From IMG/VR virus record IMGVR_UViG_3300048837_001975: a DNA stretch of 45,512 bases, one strand, 5' to 3'. The notes beneath the pieces are model-generated. The model was not told the DNA's origin. It was given only the letters and a program-made list of their open reading frames with translations, and did no database searches. Below are positions 15,396 through 24,295 of the stretch, one piece after another. Made by a program: the position numbers and the translations under genes. Numbering within the stretch: position 1 is the first letter of the stretch; each line of letters begins with the position of its first letter. The DNA is from a virus.

Positions 15396-18300
15396 TATAT
15401 CTGGCTTTTTTGTTTGTATTTTTTTAATTTATCTAGGTCATCCTGCAATTTTTTGGCATTTTCCATATCGCGAACCAACCAAGCATTAAGTCCATTTTCC
15501 TTCAGCTCCCTAAGCAAATCTGAATTCTCAGAAATTACAGCCATTAAAGCTATATAATCTGCTTGTGGCACTTGAGCGCTTCCTGCTCTTTCTACATCTG
15601 GTGAAGTATATCCCGATTCATAACCACGTACACGACGAATTTCACGGCCAACCGAGCTAATCACTTCGGGATTCATTCTTTTAAGGTCAGGATTTGATAT
15701 AATTAATTCCGGCATTTCACCTACCAGGATGGTAGGATCCTTAACCAATCCACTTTTAGGTTTACCTCCATAACGTGCATTAAATATTTTACCGTCCTGC
15801 TCTCTCTCTACAGGGAAAGTGTCTGGATAATATCCACTTTCATACCCACGTACGGGTTTATTTTTTGCAATTATGCCGACTTGAATTGTTCCTAAAGTAG
15901 CAGCCAAAGCTCCCATAATTAAACCTACTGGAAGAAAAGGGGTAGAGTTAAATCCATTTAAAGTAGCCATAGCTGCAGTTGCAATAGCATTGGCAAGTTG
16001 CATTTTCCAAGCTCGTTTTGCCTGTTTGTATTCAAGGTCTGCCTTACGCTTATCCATATCGGCTTCAAGTGCCGCAATTCCTTGATCATATTGACGCTGA
16101 TTAATCAATTTAGAATCCAAATTGTTTTTCAGCTTGGTTCTTTCTTTGTTTTGATTCCGCTCAAACTGCCTTAAATGACGATTCTCGTTATCATTTACAT
16201 ATTGGTAATAGGTTGACCAAGCATTTAAAAAACCTTGAACAGCTTGCCCAGCAGCATTTATTTTAGATTCTACAGTATCTAAATTTGTAAATGTGTCAAC
16301 CCAATCTTGTGCAGAAAAACCGAAGATGTCTATTTTTCCCCCGGTACCAAGATCCAATCCATCTGTTTCTCCAGAGCCTGATAGCTTTGCTTTTTCAGCA
16401 GCTACTTCTGCAAGCTTCAGCTTGATATCATCGAGCATCTTTTCCATTTCGGCTTTTTGCTCTGGAGTAAGTATCTCCAAATCAAAACCACCGAAACTAC
16501 CCTCATCCATTATGTAGTTGAATTGACGTATCAATTCTTCCAAATGCTTGGCTTCTGCCTCTAACTCTTCTTTTTGGTGGAGTTCCCGCAGTTCTTTTTG
16601 CGCTTCCTTATTGCCTGCATAGGCAGCCAGTTCTTCAGCGTATTTGGTTTGGCGTAGGGTTTTGGAACGTTGATAGTTTTCCTCTTCAGCTTTAAATTGT
16701 TCGCTTAGGCCTTTCATAATGAAAGTACCGCGATCTTTTTCATAAAGTTCCTGTTCCAAACGCAGCTGCGCACGGATGGCTCCGTTTTTACGTATTTGGT
16801 CTTCAGTCAACTTTCCTTCAGTAACCAACTGCTCGGAAAGCTTTTGCATTTTTATATCATGCTGCGTGTCATAAACTGCCAGCTCTGCTAGAAATGCATC
16901 GTCAATAAGTTGGGCTTTTAGAAGAAGGTTTTGGCGCAGGATTTCAATACTCTCATCCTTTTCTGCTTTTTGTTTTGGATCTTTTCCTGGCGGCGTGAAT
17001 ACACGCACCAATTCCCACTTACCATTTTTAAAGATGAAGGTCTGGCCACCCATTTCTTTGGTGTCACCTTCTTTGGGTCCAGTTTCCTCCGGAGAAATAA
17101 GATTGGTTGCGTCCTGCGGCGTGAAATTCAATTCATTTAATTTAGCAACTAAATCTGCCTCACGGTTTAATTGAATTTCTATTTCCTTATTGACCTGGTT
17201 ATAGGCTGAACGTGCTTGATAGAGTTCTTTATAGCCGTCCAAACGCTCAAGAAGTTTTTGCTTTTCTACTTGAGAAAGCACTTCTGAATTTTTTATTTCG
17301 GCAATATCATCTGCATATTTACTCTCAAAGAATTTTTTACGGCTTTCAAACTCCTTTAAAGCATCCCTTTGGCGAATGGCAAGAACTTTTTGTTCCTCCT
17401 TTACTCCAACTAGACGTGATGCAAGTGTGGATGCTTCTTCATCTGCAGCCAGACGCTTCATTTTAATTTGCTCCCTTACGGCATCTGTATTTAAAATATA
17501 AGCTCCGGTCTCTTTATCGATAGCCATTACAGATTCGCCCAAACGATCCTTTAAGCGAAGAGTAATTATATCCAATTCTTCTTTTGCCTCGGCCGTGGGT
17601 TCTACTCCATCAGCCGTGAGCTCTTCATATCGATCCAAAAGATTTTGACTCTCATTTGCTAGTTTCCTGTTCGCTTTTGCTGACTCGTAAGTAACTTGGA
17701 TCTCCTTATCAATTTCCTCGTTTACATCTTTGATAGCACCTATTAACCGGCCAAAAATGGTAACCAAACCAGTAAGTAGGTTTGATACAGCCTTACCTCC
17801 CAACATTCCCTGAAATGCCTTGGAAACTTTCTCCATTGTAGCAGCCAGGTTGTTGTTTTTTACGTTGTATTCATTTATAAGTGAAGTGCCATCCTTCATA
17901 GATTGGTTGGAAAGCTCCAGGCGGGAACGGAACAACTGTTGGTTGTTCGCCATTGCTCCCAAAACTTTATTGGCTCCATCTGCAGATACTCCTAAATAAT
18001 CTAATGTTTGTGCCGTTTCAGTAGCGTTCATTCCACGCAATCCGTCAGCAAACTTGATCATAAATTCTAAAGGATTCTCATTTATGAGTGCTTCAACCTG
18101 TTCGGTTGTCAAACCCATTACATCAGCAAATTTTGAAGCTTCAGTGGATGCCTGGTTCAATACAATTGAATAAGCGCGAGCAGCAATTTCTGCCTGTATC
18201 CCACTTTCTTCAAATGCTGCTCCTAAAGCCAATGCATCAGCAATACTAGGTTTCAAAGCATCAGACATAGAACCCAAACGCGTGGCAAATTCGGCAATAT

Positions 18301-19219
18301 TGTTTTCAGTGGCCACACCATCTGCACCCAGATCATTTATTGCGGAACCAATAGCGTTATAAGCTTCCCCTACTTTTAGGTCCTTGGTTTCTTTAAACAA
18401 TAATTTCAGTTTACCAAGCTTGGATGCAGTTTCTTCAGCTCCTCCCGGGAACGAATCTGACAATGCCACCACGGCCTTATCCATAATGGCAACGAAATCT
18501 GCAATTTCATCTTTAGCGATACCGATTCGGCCACCTTCTTCAGCAATTTTTAGAAGGTCAATTCTTGAAGTCCTGGTCTGTAGAATACCGAAAGAAGCGG
18601 ATAGATTATCCACTTCCTTAGCCGTTAATCCGGTTGTTTTTTGAACATCACTTTGGGCATCGGCCAGTTTGCCATTGTAATCAATGATTTTTTGCATTGA
18701 CAGGGCTACCCCTGTTAAGGTTGCTATTATGGAAGCCCCTAGTGCAGCGTATTTGTTAAAACTTCCCGCAACTTTAGACATTGTACTCTCAGTGGCCGCA
18801 GATCCTCGTCGCAATTCTGCCATACGGGCATTCACACGCTGTAAATCGCTTTCCAGTCTTTTATATTCCGCTGAGCCTGGAATCATATTGATAAGCTGGA
18901 ACCGTAAAAGCATCGCCTGCTTTTTTAATTGGTTCATGGTAAGACCGGTGATACCAATCTGGTCGCGAAGGCCTTTCATTTTGGTGTTGTTCTCACCAAT
19001 TTTTACGGAATTCGCTTTTATTTCTGCAGATAGTTTTTTGTATTCTTCGCTGCCACGTTTGCCAGCGGCTTGCAGTTTTGCGCGCTCGGCTCTTAAATCT
19101 TTGTTGGAAGCGGTAAGCTCGCGAGTAGATTTTTCAAGATCATAAAGTTCTTTTTGCGCATCATTGCCATTGACGATGATGGTAAACCGCATTTCTTCAT
19201 CAACTATTCGCTTTGCCAT
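15395..19219 (-). CDS. Tail tape measure protein (1274 aa)
   Basis: Very long, mostly alpha-helical/coiled-coil, Ala/Glu/Lys-rich protein with hydrophobic Gly/Ala segments. Preceded by an overlapping chaperone-like ORF pair. VRGYESGY occurs twice near the C-terminus. Confidence 0.85.
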   Translation of the reverse strand: MAKRIVDEEMRFTIIVNGNDAQKELYDLEKSTRELTASNKDLRAERAKLQAAGKRGSEEYKKLSAEIKANSVKIGENNTKMKGLRDQIGITGLTMNQLKKQAMLLRFQLINMIPGSAEYKRLESDLQRVNARMAELRRGSAATESTMSKVAGSFNKYAALGASIIATLTGVALSMQKIIDYNGKLADAQSDVQKTTGLTAKEVDNLSASFGILQTRTSRIDLLKIAEEGGRIGIAKDEIADFVAIMDKAVVALSDSFPGGAEETASKLGKLKLLFKETKDLKVGEAYNAIGSAINDLGADGVATENNIAEFATRLGSMSDALKPSIADALALGAAFEESGIQAEIAARAYSIVLNQASTEASKFADVMGLTTEQVEALINENPLEFMIKFADGLRGMNATETAQTLDYLGVSADGANKVLGAMANNQQLFRSRLELSNQSMKDGTSLINEYNVKNNNLAATMEKVSKAFQGMLGGKAVSNLLTGLVTIFGRLIGAIKDVNEEIDKEIQVTYESAKANRKLANESQNLLDRYEELTADGVEPTAEAKEELDIITLRLKDRLGESVMAIDKETGAYILNTDAVREQIKMKRLAADEEASTLASRLVGVKEEQKVLAIRQRDALKEFESRKKFFESKYADDIAEIKNSEVLSQVEKQKLLERLDGYKELYQARSAYNQVNKEIEIQLNREADLVAKLNELNFTPQDATNLISPEETGPKEGDTKEMGGQTFIFKNGKWELVRVFTPPGKDPKQKAEKDESIEILRQNLLLKAQLIDDAFLAELAVYDTQHDIKMQKLSEQLVTEGKLTEDQIRKNGAIRAQLRLEQELYEKDRGTFIMKGLSEQFKAEEENYQRSKTLRQTKYAEELAAYAGNKEAQKELRELHQKEELEAEAKHLEELIRQFNYIMDEGSFGGFDLEILTPEQKAEMEKMLDDIKLKLAEVAAEKAKLSGSGETDGLDLGTGGKIDIFGFSAQDWVDTFTNLDTVESKINAAGQAVQGFLNAWSTYYQYVNDNENRHLRQFERNQNKERTKLKNNLDSKLINQRQYDQGIAALEADMDKRKADLEYKQAKRAWKMQLANAIATAAMATLNGFNSTPFLPVGLIMGALAATLGTIQVGIIAKNKPVRGYESGYYPDTFPVEREQDGKIFNARYGGKPKSGLVKDPTILVGEMPELIISNPDLKRMNPEVISSVGREIRRVRGYESGYTSPDVERAGSAQVPQADYIALMAVISENSDLLRELKENGLNAWLVRDMENAKKLQDDLDKLKKYKQKSQI

Positions 19220-19273
19220 TGAGGGTAGATTTTACCTCAATGTTAGAAAATGGGGGCGGGAAAAGTTGTGACA

Positions 19274-19308
19274 ACAAAAAACCCACTGCTGAGAAGAAGG
19301 CAGTGGGT
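19274..19308 (-). terminator. Rho-independent terminator/attenuator between the chaperone genes and the tape measure gene
   Basis: On the minus strand, ACCCACTGC-loop-GCAGTGGGT is followed by TTTTTT and then the TTGTCACA box. Confidence 0.65.
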
Positions 19309-19353
19309 AGCATCAACTTAAAATTCCATACAAAATGGAATGTCTTCGTAAAT

Positions 19354-19551
19354 TTAAATCGCTAAATCAAAATTTTCGTCCAATAATGCGGTAGCATATT
19401 GATCTTCGTCTTCCAAAATTAATAAATTTTGTTCGGGATCCAGTTTCCAAAGCGAACCATTGTCCACTTCGATACCTTCTATCGAGGTAATGTCCTTGTT
19501 ATTGCGGTAAAACTGGTTCATGCAGCGGCGGATTGTACTTCTTTTTCGCAA
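19354..19551 (-). CDS. Tail assembly chaperone, downstream frame (T-like; possible -1 frameshift extension, or a separate ORF from the ATG at 19521)
   Basis: Overlaps the 3-prime end of 19518-19841 in the -1 frame and lies immediately upstream of the tape measure gene. Confidence 0.5.
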   Translation of the reverse strand: MRKRSTIRRCMNQFYRNNKDITSIEGIEVDNGSLWKLDPEQNLLILEDEDQYATALLDENFDLAI

Positions 19552-19841
19552 ACGCTTAAAAGAAATTGGTTCAACTGTGTGATCTCCTCGGGGGTAAAGC
19601 CTGCAATCATATTGCAGAGCTCGTTGATCTCTTTATAGAACTCCAGTACTTCTGCACGTTCCTGCGCATCTGATGCGGAGGGGTCTATAATAAAGGTTTC
19701 AAACAAAAGGTTGTTGGTTTCCTGAAATGATGGAATACTGTGGGTGTGCTGCAGTTCCATAGCCCAGCCTAGAATGGCTACTAGGGGTTTACAGGGAATG
19801 GGGGTTTCTGTGCCCGGTTGAGCGGTGATGTTGTTGGTCAT
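19518..19841 (-). CDS. Tail assembly chaperone (G-like; 107 aa from the ATG at 19841)
   Basis: Its position upstream of the tape measure and its size are typical. The track start at 19865 is a TTG, so the ATG (MTNNITAQ) is preferred. Confidence 0.55.
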   Translation of the reverse strand: MTNNITAQPGTETPIPCKPLVAILGWAMELQHTHSIPSFQETNNLLFETFIIDPSASDAQERAEVLEFYKEINELCNMIAGFTPEEITQLNQFLLSVCEKEVQSAAA

Positions 19842-19999
19842 AACATTTATTTTTAATAGACCCAAGAGTGGTGACCAACAACATCAAAGATATTGAAGTG
19901 ACCGGACTTCCACCGGTTCTCTCTTGGGCTAGATTAAAATAAGTTTGAATCATCTTTGAATTATTGGTCAAAGCAAAGATATAAATTTTAATTTACAAA

Positions 20000-20013
20000 T
20001 ATGCAATTGCATA
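20000..20013. promoter_or_regulatory. Perfect 14-bp palindrome TATGCAATTGCATA
   Basis: Read directly. One member of the recurring GCAATTGC palindrome family found at module boundaries. Confidence 0.45.
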
Positions 20014-20017
20014 AAAT

Positions 20018-20536
20018 TTATTCCAAAAGGCATTTTAGGGATTCGGCTAAATGACGGGTGTGTTTTGGATTGACTTCCTTTTCAAGGTAACCATCATTTC
20101 TATACCAACGTACTTTTTTAATCTCACTATTTATTAATTTTTGGAAGTTTTCTTCATCTACATATAGCAGGGGAAAGGCCGACCATTGCGTATGGTTCAT
20201 TTGGCTGAAATATTTATAATCAGCAACAGTAGATTCGGTATAATGAAGCGTAATAACTTCATCAGTTGTGGTCAAAAACATCACATCGCCGTCTTTACGA
20301 ACGGAAAAGGCATTATCTTCATAAATATGAAGTCTAATAAATTTATTTCCATCCATACTACGGACATCAAAACGCAAAAAGTCACCAAAACCCATACCTA
20401 CTTTGGTTAATTGTTTTTCCTTTACAATCTTCACTTCTTTTTTTGTGAATTCATCAAATTCATTTGTTTCAAATTTGCATTTTTGAGAAAATACAAGTAG
20501 CGGAAAGAATAAAATAAGTAATGTAATTTTTTTCAT
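20018..20536 (-). CDS. Secreted protein with signal peptide (172 aa); moron candidate inside the tail module
   Basis: The N-terminus MKKITLLILFFPLLVFSQ is a signal peptide. The gene is bracketed by ORF-free spacers on both sides, in the slot where a tail tube gene would normally be expected. Confidence 0.65.
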   Translation of the reverse strand: MKKITLLILFFPLLVFSQKCKFETNEFDEFTKKEVKIVKEKQLTKVGMGFGDFLRFDVRSMDGNKFIRLHIYEDNAFSVRKDGDVMFLTTTDEVITLHYTESTVADYKYFSQMNHTQWSAFPLLYVDEENFQKLINSEIKKVRWYRNDGYLEKEVNPKHTRHLAESLKCLLE

Positions 20537-20597
20537 AATCGTAAATTTTAAGGTTAATTGAATAAATATAACAAAATTAATCGGGGAGGAAATAAAG

Positions 20598-20774
20598 TCA
20601 GACCAGTTGCGCCAGGTGGCGCAATAGCCAGAAGACCTTTAGGCGGAAGATACGATCATCGGCCGCGGGGGTTTCAAGGATTGAAATTTCAATTTCTGCC
20701 AAGGTCTGGCGATGGTTTTCAGAGGAATCTACCAAGAGGAGTTCTTCCTTCCATTTTTCGAATTCTGCATTCAT
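20598..20774 (-). CDS. Small hypothetical protein (58 aa, MNAEFEKWKEELLLVDSSENH...)
   Basis: Hand-translated ATG ORF on the operon strand. The 72-aa plus-strand track ORF (20558-20776) is its antisense shadow. Confidence 0.4.
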   Translation of the reverse strand: MNAEFEKWKEELLLVDSSENHRQTLAEIEISILETPAADDRIFRLKVFWLLRHLAQLV

Positions 20775-20819
20775 AATTTGGTTAGGATTTAAAAATGAAT
20801 GCCCAATATATTTAAAAGT

Positions 20820-21185
20820 TTAAATGGTTTGGGGGAAATCCTTTAAAAGGGTCTCTTTCATCGCTGAAGTGTACTCGAAGGAACCGCGGCGTACAATATT
20901 ATTTGCGTGCCCCATCACTATTTTATTGTGTACCGGGTGTGAAACTTTGCGGATCTTACCCTCTTTAGTATTTCGGGTTTTCATATCAATAAAGCGCAGC
21001 GCAATGGGATGACGCATAACAAGCTTGGTTTCATCATTGGTGTATTGGGAAGCAAAATTATTGCGGCTAGCAAATTTACTAACCTCCTTTAATTTTGCCT
21101 GCTCTATGTTTTGCCCCTCCTCACGAAGAATTCGTGACATAAAACGGCCTTTTAGTACGTCGTCATTCTGTGCCATCTTCTTCAA
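20820..21185 (-). CDS. Hypothetical structural-module protein (121 aa)
   Basis: ATG ORF that is operon-consistent. Confidence 0.55.
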   Translation of the reverse strand: MKKMAQNDDVLKGRFMSRILREEGQNIEQAKLKEVSKFASRNNFASQYTNDETKLVMRHPIALRFIDMKTRNTKEGKIRKVSHPVHNKIVMGHANNIVRRGSFEYTSAMKETLLKDFPQTI

Positions 21186-21438
21186 AAATTGATTTTAATG
21201 GATCTCCATTTGGTTCTAACACCCGAACCATTTCCACGTTACAACTAGGAGCATATACAGTTCCACATCCCGCACATTTTATTTCATATGCAAAATAGCC
21301 GTCATAATGATTTGCCTCGCCACAGGGACAATGAAAATCCATACAAACATCAGTTCCTTTCCATTGAATAAACCCATCGAAAGCTGAATGATGATCAAAA
21401 AGCTTAAAGGCTTCTTCTAAATTTTTAGCTGTTTTCAT
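21163..21438 (-). CDS. Small Cys-rich (putative zinc-binding) protein (91 aa)
   Basis: Cysteine pattern C-x4-CPC ... CAGC ... C within 45 residues. Confidence 0.55.
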   Translation of the reverse strand: MKTAKNLEEAFKLFDHHSAFDGFIQWKGTDVCMDFHCPCGEANHYDGYFAYEIKCAGCGTVYAPSCNVEMVRVLEPNGDPLKSIFEEDGTE

Positions 21439-21616
21439 CGGTTAATTTTAGCATTCCGGCTTTCCAGAGTATTTCCAGTTTTTTTGAAACGGAAACAATT
21501 CGCTTATTCTGGTTAAGCAATTCATATTTTAGTCTTTTATCAATTCCCGCATTTTTTTGGAGCTCATCGCTCGCCAAAATTTTTGAAATTGCTTTATCGA
21601 TATCCGTGAGTGTCAT
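21425..21616 (-). CDS. Hypothetical protein (63 aa)
   Basis: ATG ORF that is operon-consistent. Confidence 0.5.
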   Translation of the reverse strand: MTLTDIDKAISKILASDELQKNAGIDKRLKYELLNQNKRIVSVSKKLEILWKAGMLKLTDENS

Positions 21617-21655
21617 AAATTTCCTTTTTATGGTCGGAATTTACGACTTTTTTAT

Positions 21656-22108
21656 TTATAAATCAAATGTAAATACAATCGTCCATCCATTGCACTGGCT
21701 ATTGTTATACACGTCCACGATCTGAATGCTGGTTGGATCTAAAAAGCGCATGATATTGCATTCGCCATCCAAATGATCCTCCAGGAGTTTTGCCTTAACC
21801 AAATTGGCAATGGCAAAAATGCGATCGCTCTGGGCTATGTATTCAGCATCGGTTAAATCGGAAAAATCCGTTTTTTCGAGGATCATCAGTTCGGTAAACC
21901 CACGAAGACGGAAACCATCGCCACTTTGTGGGCTGTTGTTTCCAAAATTGGGCATCAAGCCGAGCATAAGCGCATTATCCTCTCGCTGGAGATCGTTGAT
22001 GTATTTAGATAGTTGCTTTTCTGAAGTAACCATCTTATTCAGATTGATTCCGGCAATTTGCGCCTGGATCTCGTCCATATAATCCTTAAAATCCTGTATT
22101 GCTGCCAT
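21656..22108 (-). CDS. Hypothetical head-tail joining / tail protein (150 aa)
   Basis: Assigned by position in the morphogenesis operon only. Confidence 0.55.
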   Translation of the reverse strand: MAAIQDFKDYMDEIQAQIAGINLNKMVTSEKQLSKYINDLQREDNALMLGLMPNFGNNSPQSGDGFRLRGFTELMILEKTDFSDLTDAEYIAQSDRIFAIANLVKAKLLEDHLDGECNIMRFLDPTSIQIVDVYNNSQCNGWTIVFTFDL

Positions 22109-23010
22109 TATGTTTCTTTTTTAGCATTTTTTTGTCTACCTCGCTCATCTAGATCTTTTTTTCGCATATCGTAAAGTAGTAGGGCCACCTCCCAAAGCTT
22201 TGTGCTGCGCACTTGCTCTAAATTGCCGAGAATACCTGTTTTGGCAATTTCAATTCCTGTTGATTTAATGCCCAGTGAAGGGTAGGGGCTTTCATAGCCA
22301 CTTTCTTCATCTAATGGTTGATTGGTAAACAAAATGGATAGATCAATGATTTGGCCATTGTAGTACACCTGTGAACCGCTGAAATAGGTATGGAACATTG
22401 CAAAATTGTAGTAAAAGCCATAGAGCGTACCTATTGGAACCTGTGAGAAGCTAAGTGCTGCACTATCAATTTCAGAAGAAAGATATCCAAAGCGTTTGTC
22501 GTTTCTTTTTTCCCGGTAGAAGGTGGCCATTAATTCTTGGAGCAATTCACGACAAGGCGTTTCATTATACTGCAGGAAACGGTTCAATCCATCTTCATAT
22601 TCACCAAAATCAACATCGCGAAACCATTGGGATGGACCATAGTATTTTTTGTTGAAGGGAAGTGTAACGCAATCTATGTAGTTGCGAGTATATTCCAGCT
22701 TTAACGAAATTACGTTGTCATTTCTATTGAAGTAAGCCGCAATATATTCTGATAACATCGCAATATTGCTCAATGCTTCCTCCAGCTCCTCTTCCGGCAA
22801 CTTACGATCGCCTTTTTTAAGCTCCAGCAATTCGTAAACCGCCAAAGTTGCAAATTCATAGTAATCGATTTCCTTGGTTTCCATTCGGTACACAAGGCTG
22901 AAAAATGCGATGTATTGCCGTTGGTCCATTTTCTCCAGACACAATGGCAAATAGAGCCATTTATTTAGCTCAGGTATTTGTATGGGCAATATTTCGGGGA
23001 AATCTGTCAT
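22108..23010 (-). CDS. Hypothetical morphogenesis protein (300 aa)
   Basis: Long ORF with 1-nt and 4-nt overlaps to its neighbours. Confidence 0.6.
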   Translation of the reverse strand: MTDFPEILPIQIPELNKWLYLPLCLEKMDQRQYIAFFSLVYRMETKEIDYYEFATLAVYELLELKKGDRKLPEEELEEALSNIAMLSEYIAAYFNRNDNVISLKLEYTRNYIDCVTLPFNKKYYGPSQWFRDVDFGEYEDGLNRFLQYNETPCRELLQELMATFYREKRNDKRFGYLSSEIDSAALSFSQVPIGTLYGFYYNFAMFHTYFSGSQVYYNGQIIDLSILFTNQPLDEESGYESPYPSLGIKSTGIEIAKTGILGNLEQVRSTKLWEVALLLYDMRKKDLDERGRQKNAKKET

Positions 23011-23291
23011 TTGAACAGCTGCTCATATGTTACATTCAGTTCTTCCATTTTTGGACTGAATTTGTCCAAAATTGCCAACTTCACTTCCTCTTTGTTTTTG
23101 AAGTCTGCCGGAATGTATTTACTCCTGGCATCTACTCCAAAATATTTCCGGAGGAATTGGTTAATGTCGCGCCGCAACGCTTTGCGATCTGCAATCATTT
23201 GTTCAACCACAGGCTGCATCGCTTTTGCCTGTCTTGACAAAAACCAACGACGGCGAAGGCACTTAAAAAATTTGATTATTCTTTTTATCAT
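23007..23291 (-). CDS. Hypothetical basic protein (94 aa)
   Basis: ATG ORF that is operon-consistent. Confidence 0.5.
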   Translation of the reverse strand: MIKRIIKFFKCLRRRWFLSRQAKAMQPVVEQMIADRKALRRDINQFLRKYFGVDARSKYIPADFKNKEEVKLAILDKFSPKMEELNVTYEQLFK

Positions 23292-23317
23292 AGAAAGTAA
23301 ACTTATAGGTTGATTTT

Positions 23318-24295
23318 TTATCCTACGAAGCCATCATCGGTTCTAAAACCGAACTTGTCTTCATCGGGGCAATTGGTTGTTTGAGTGGTTGGTTCTGGAT
23401 CCGGTTCCTTAACGGCGGCTTCGATATCCAAAAGCACTTGTGCTGTGTCTTCCTTGAATTTTTGCTCCAACTGATCAAGAACATTATTTACTATTGGCAT
23501 TCTGCCTTTAATCGTAGCCCTATCACCACGCACAGCTTGAGATATACTGTCTGGAAACAATGTTACCTGCAGACGTATAACTCCCCAAGCAAGTGCAGCG
23601 TACACGGTTGCTTCCTGAATCATTAAAAGCAGGGGTTCTTCATCTGCAGATAAAGCGGAACCATCCTTTCTTTTCGCCTTCAGCGCATCATAGGCAGTTT
23701 GTCCAATTCTAGGAATGATCAAACGTTTTTCCGCCATGGCGATGCCAGGAGAAAGTTTTTCCAATAAGTATCGCGAATTGATTGTATAGAATTGGTTGAA
23801 CTCTTTAACAGTGCGTACAAATAGGCGATGTGTGGCTTTGTAATTATCTGAAGCCTTCCAGGTATTTGAACTTTCATCCAATAGGTTTATGAGATTGTCC
23901 ATAGCACGATGGGAGCGGCGCTCCAATTCGTCGTTGCTAGCAACAATCATATATTCAAATGGCGTTTTGCTATCCTCACTGGTTAGCATCTTACGGCCGT
24001 TGGTACCGTGCTGAAGGTCATTGCTAGGCGCAAAATAGCGGTAGGCGAGATTGGCAATGGCGTTTTGTGCAAACTGGAGGATCTGCCCAGCTGTGGTTTC
24101 GTAATCAAAATTGCTCTCATAGGTAGCTACAATTTCCAAATAAGTAGTGTTGCCGAGGAAGCTGGCAATCTCTTGAGTGGCATTCACAAGATCAGGCTTT
24201 ATTTTCTGAAATTTGAAATCGGCATCCACGAACCCAAGGGCATCCTTGAACTCTTTGCTAAAATCGGCTCCTGGTTTGTTAAATAGTAGTTTCAT
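23318..24295 (-). CDS. Hypothetical head-module protein (325 aa)
   Basis: Directly follows the putative portal gene, with a 1-nt overlap. Confidence 0.6.
   Translation of the reverse strand: MKLLFNKPGADFSKEFKDALGFVDADFKFQKIKPDLVNATQEIASFLGNTTYLEIVATYESNFDYETTAGQILQFAQNAIANLAYRYFAPSNDLQHGTNGRKMLTSEDSKTPFEYMIVASNDELERRSHRAMDNLINLLDESSNTWKASDNYKATHRLFVRTVKEFNQFYTINSRYLLEKLSPGIAMAEKRLIIPRIGQTAYDALKAKRKDGSALSADEEPLLLMIQEATVYAALAWGVIRLQVTLFPDSISQAVRGDRATIKGRMPIVNNVLDQLEQKFKEDTAQVLLDIEAAVKEPDPEPTTQTTNCPDEDKFGFRTDDGFVG

Noticed and set aside
15600-15860. The VRGYESGY duplication near the tape measure C-terminus as a distinct repeat element
   Set aside because: It is a short intragenic protein-level duplication, typical of tape measure proteins. 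It is not an independent DNA feature.
19789-19971. 60-aa minus-strand ORF upstream of the chaperone gene
   Set aside because: It overlaps the chaperone ORF out of frame, spans the structured leader and has no recognisable features.
20558-20776. 72-aa plus-strand ORF (Arg/Gly/Pro-rich)
   Set aside because: It is opposite in orientation to the entire operon. The minus strand holds an ATG-initiated 58-aa ORF (20598-20774) with normal composition, which is preferred.
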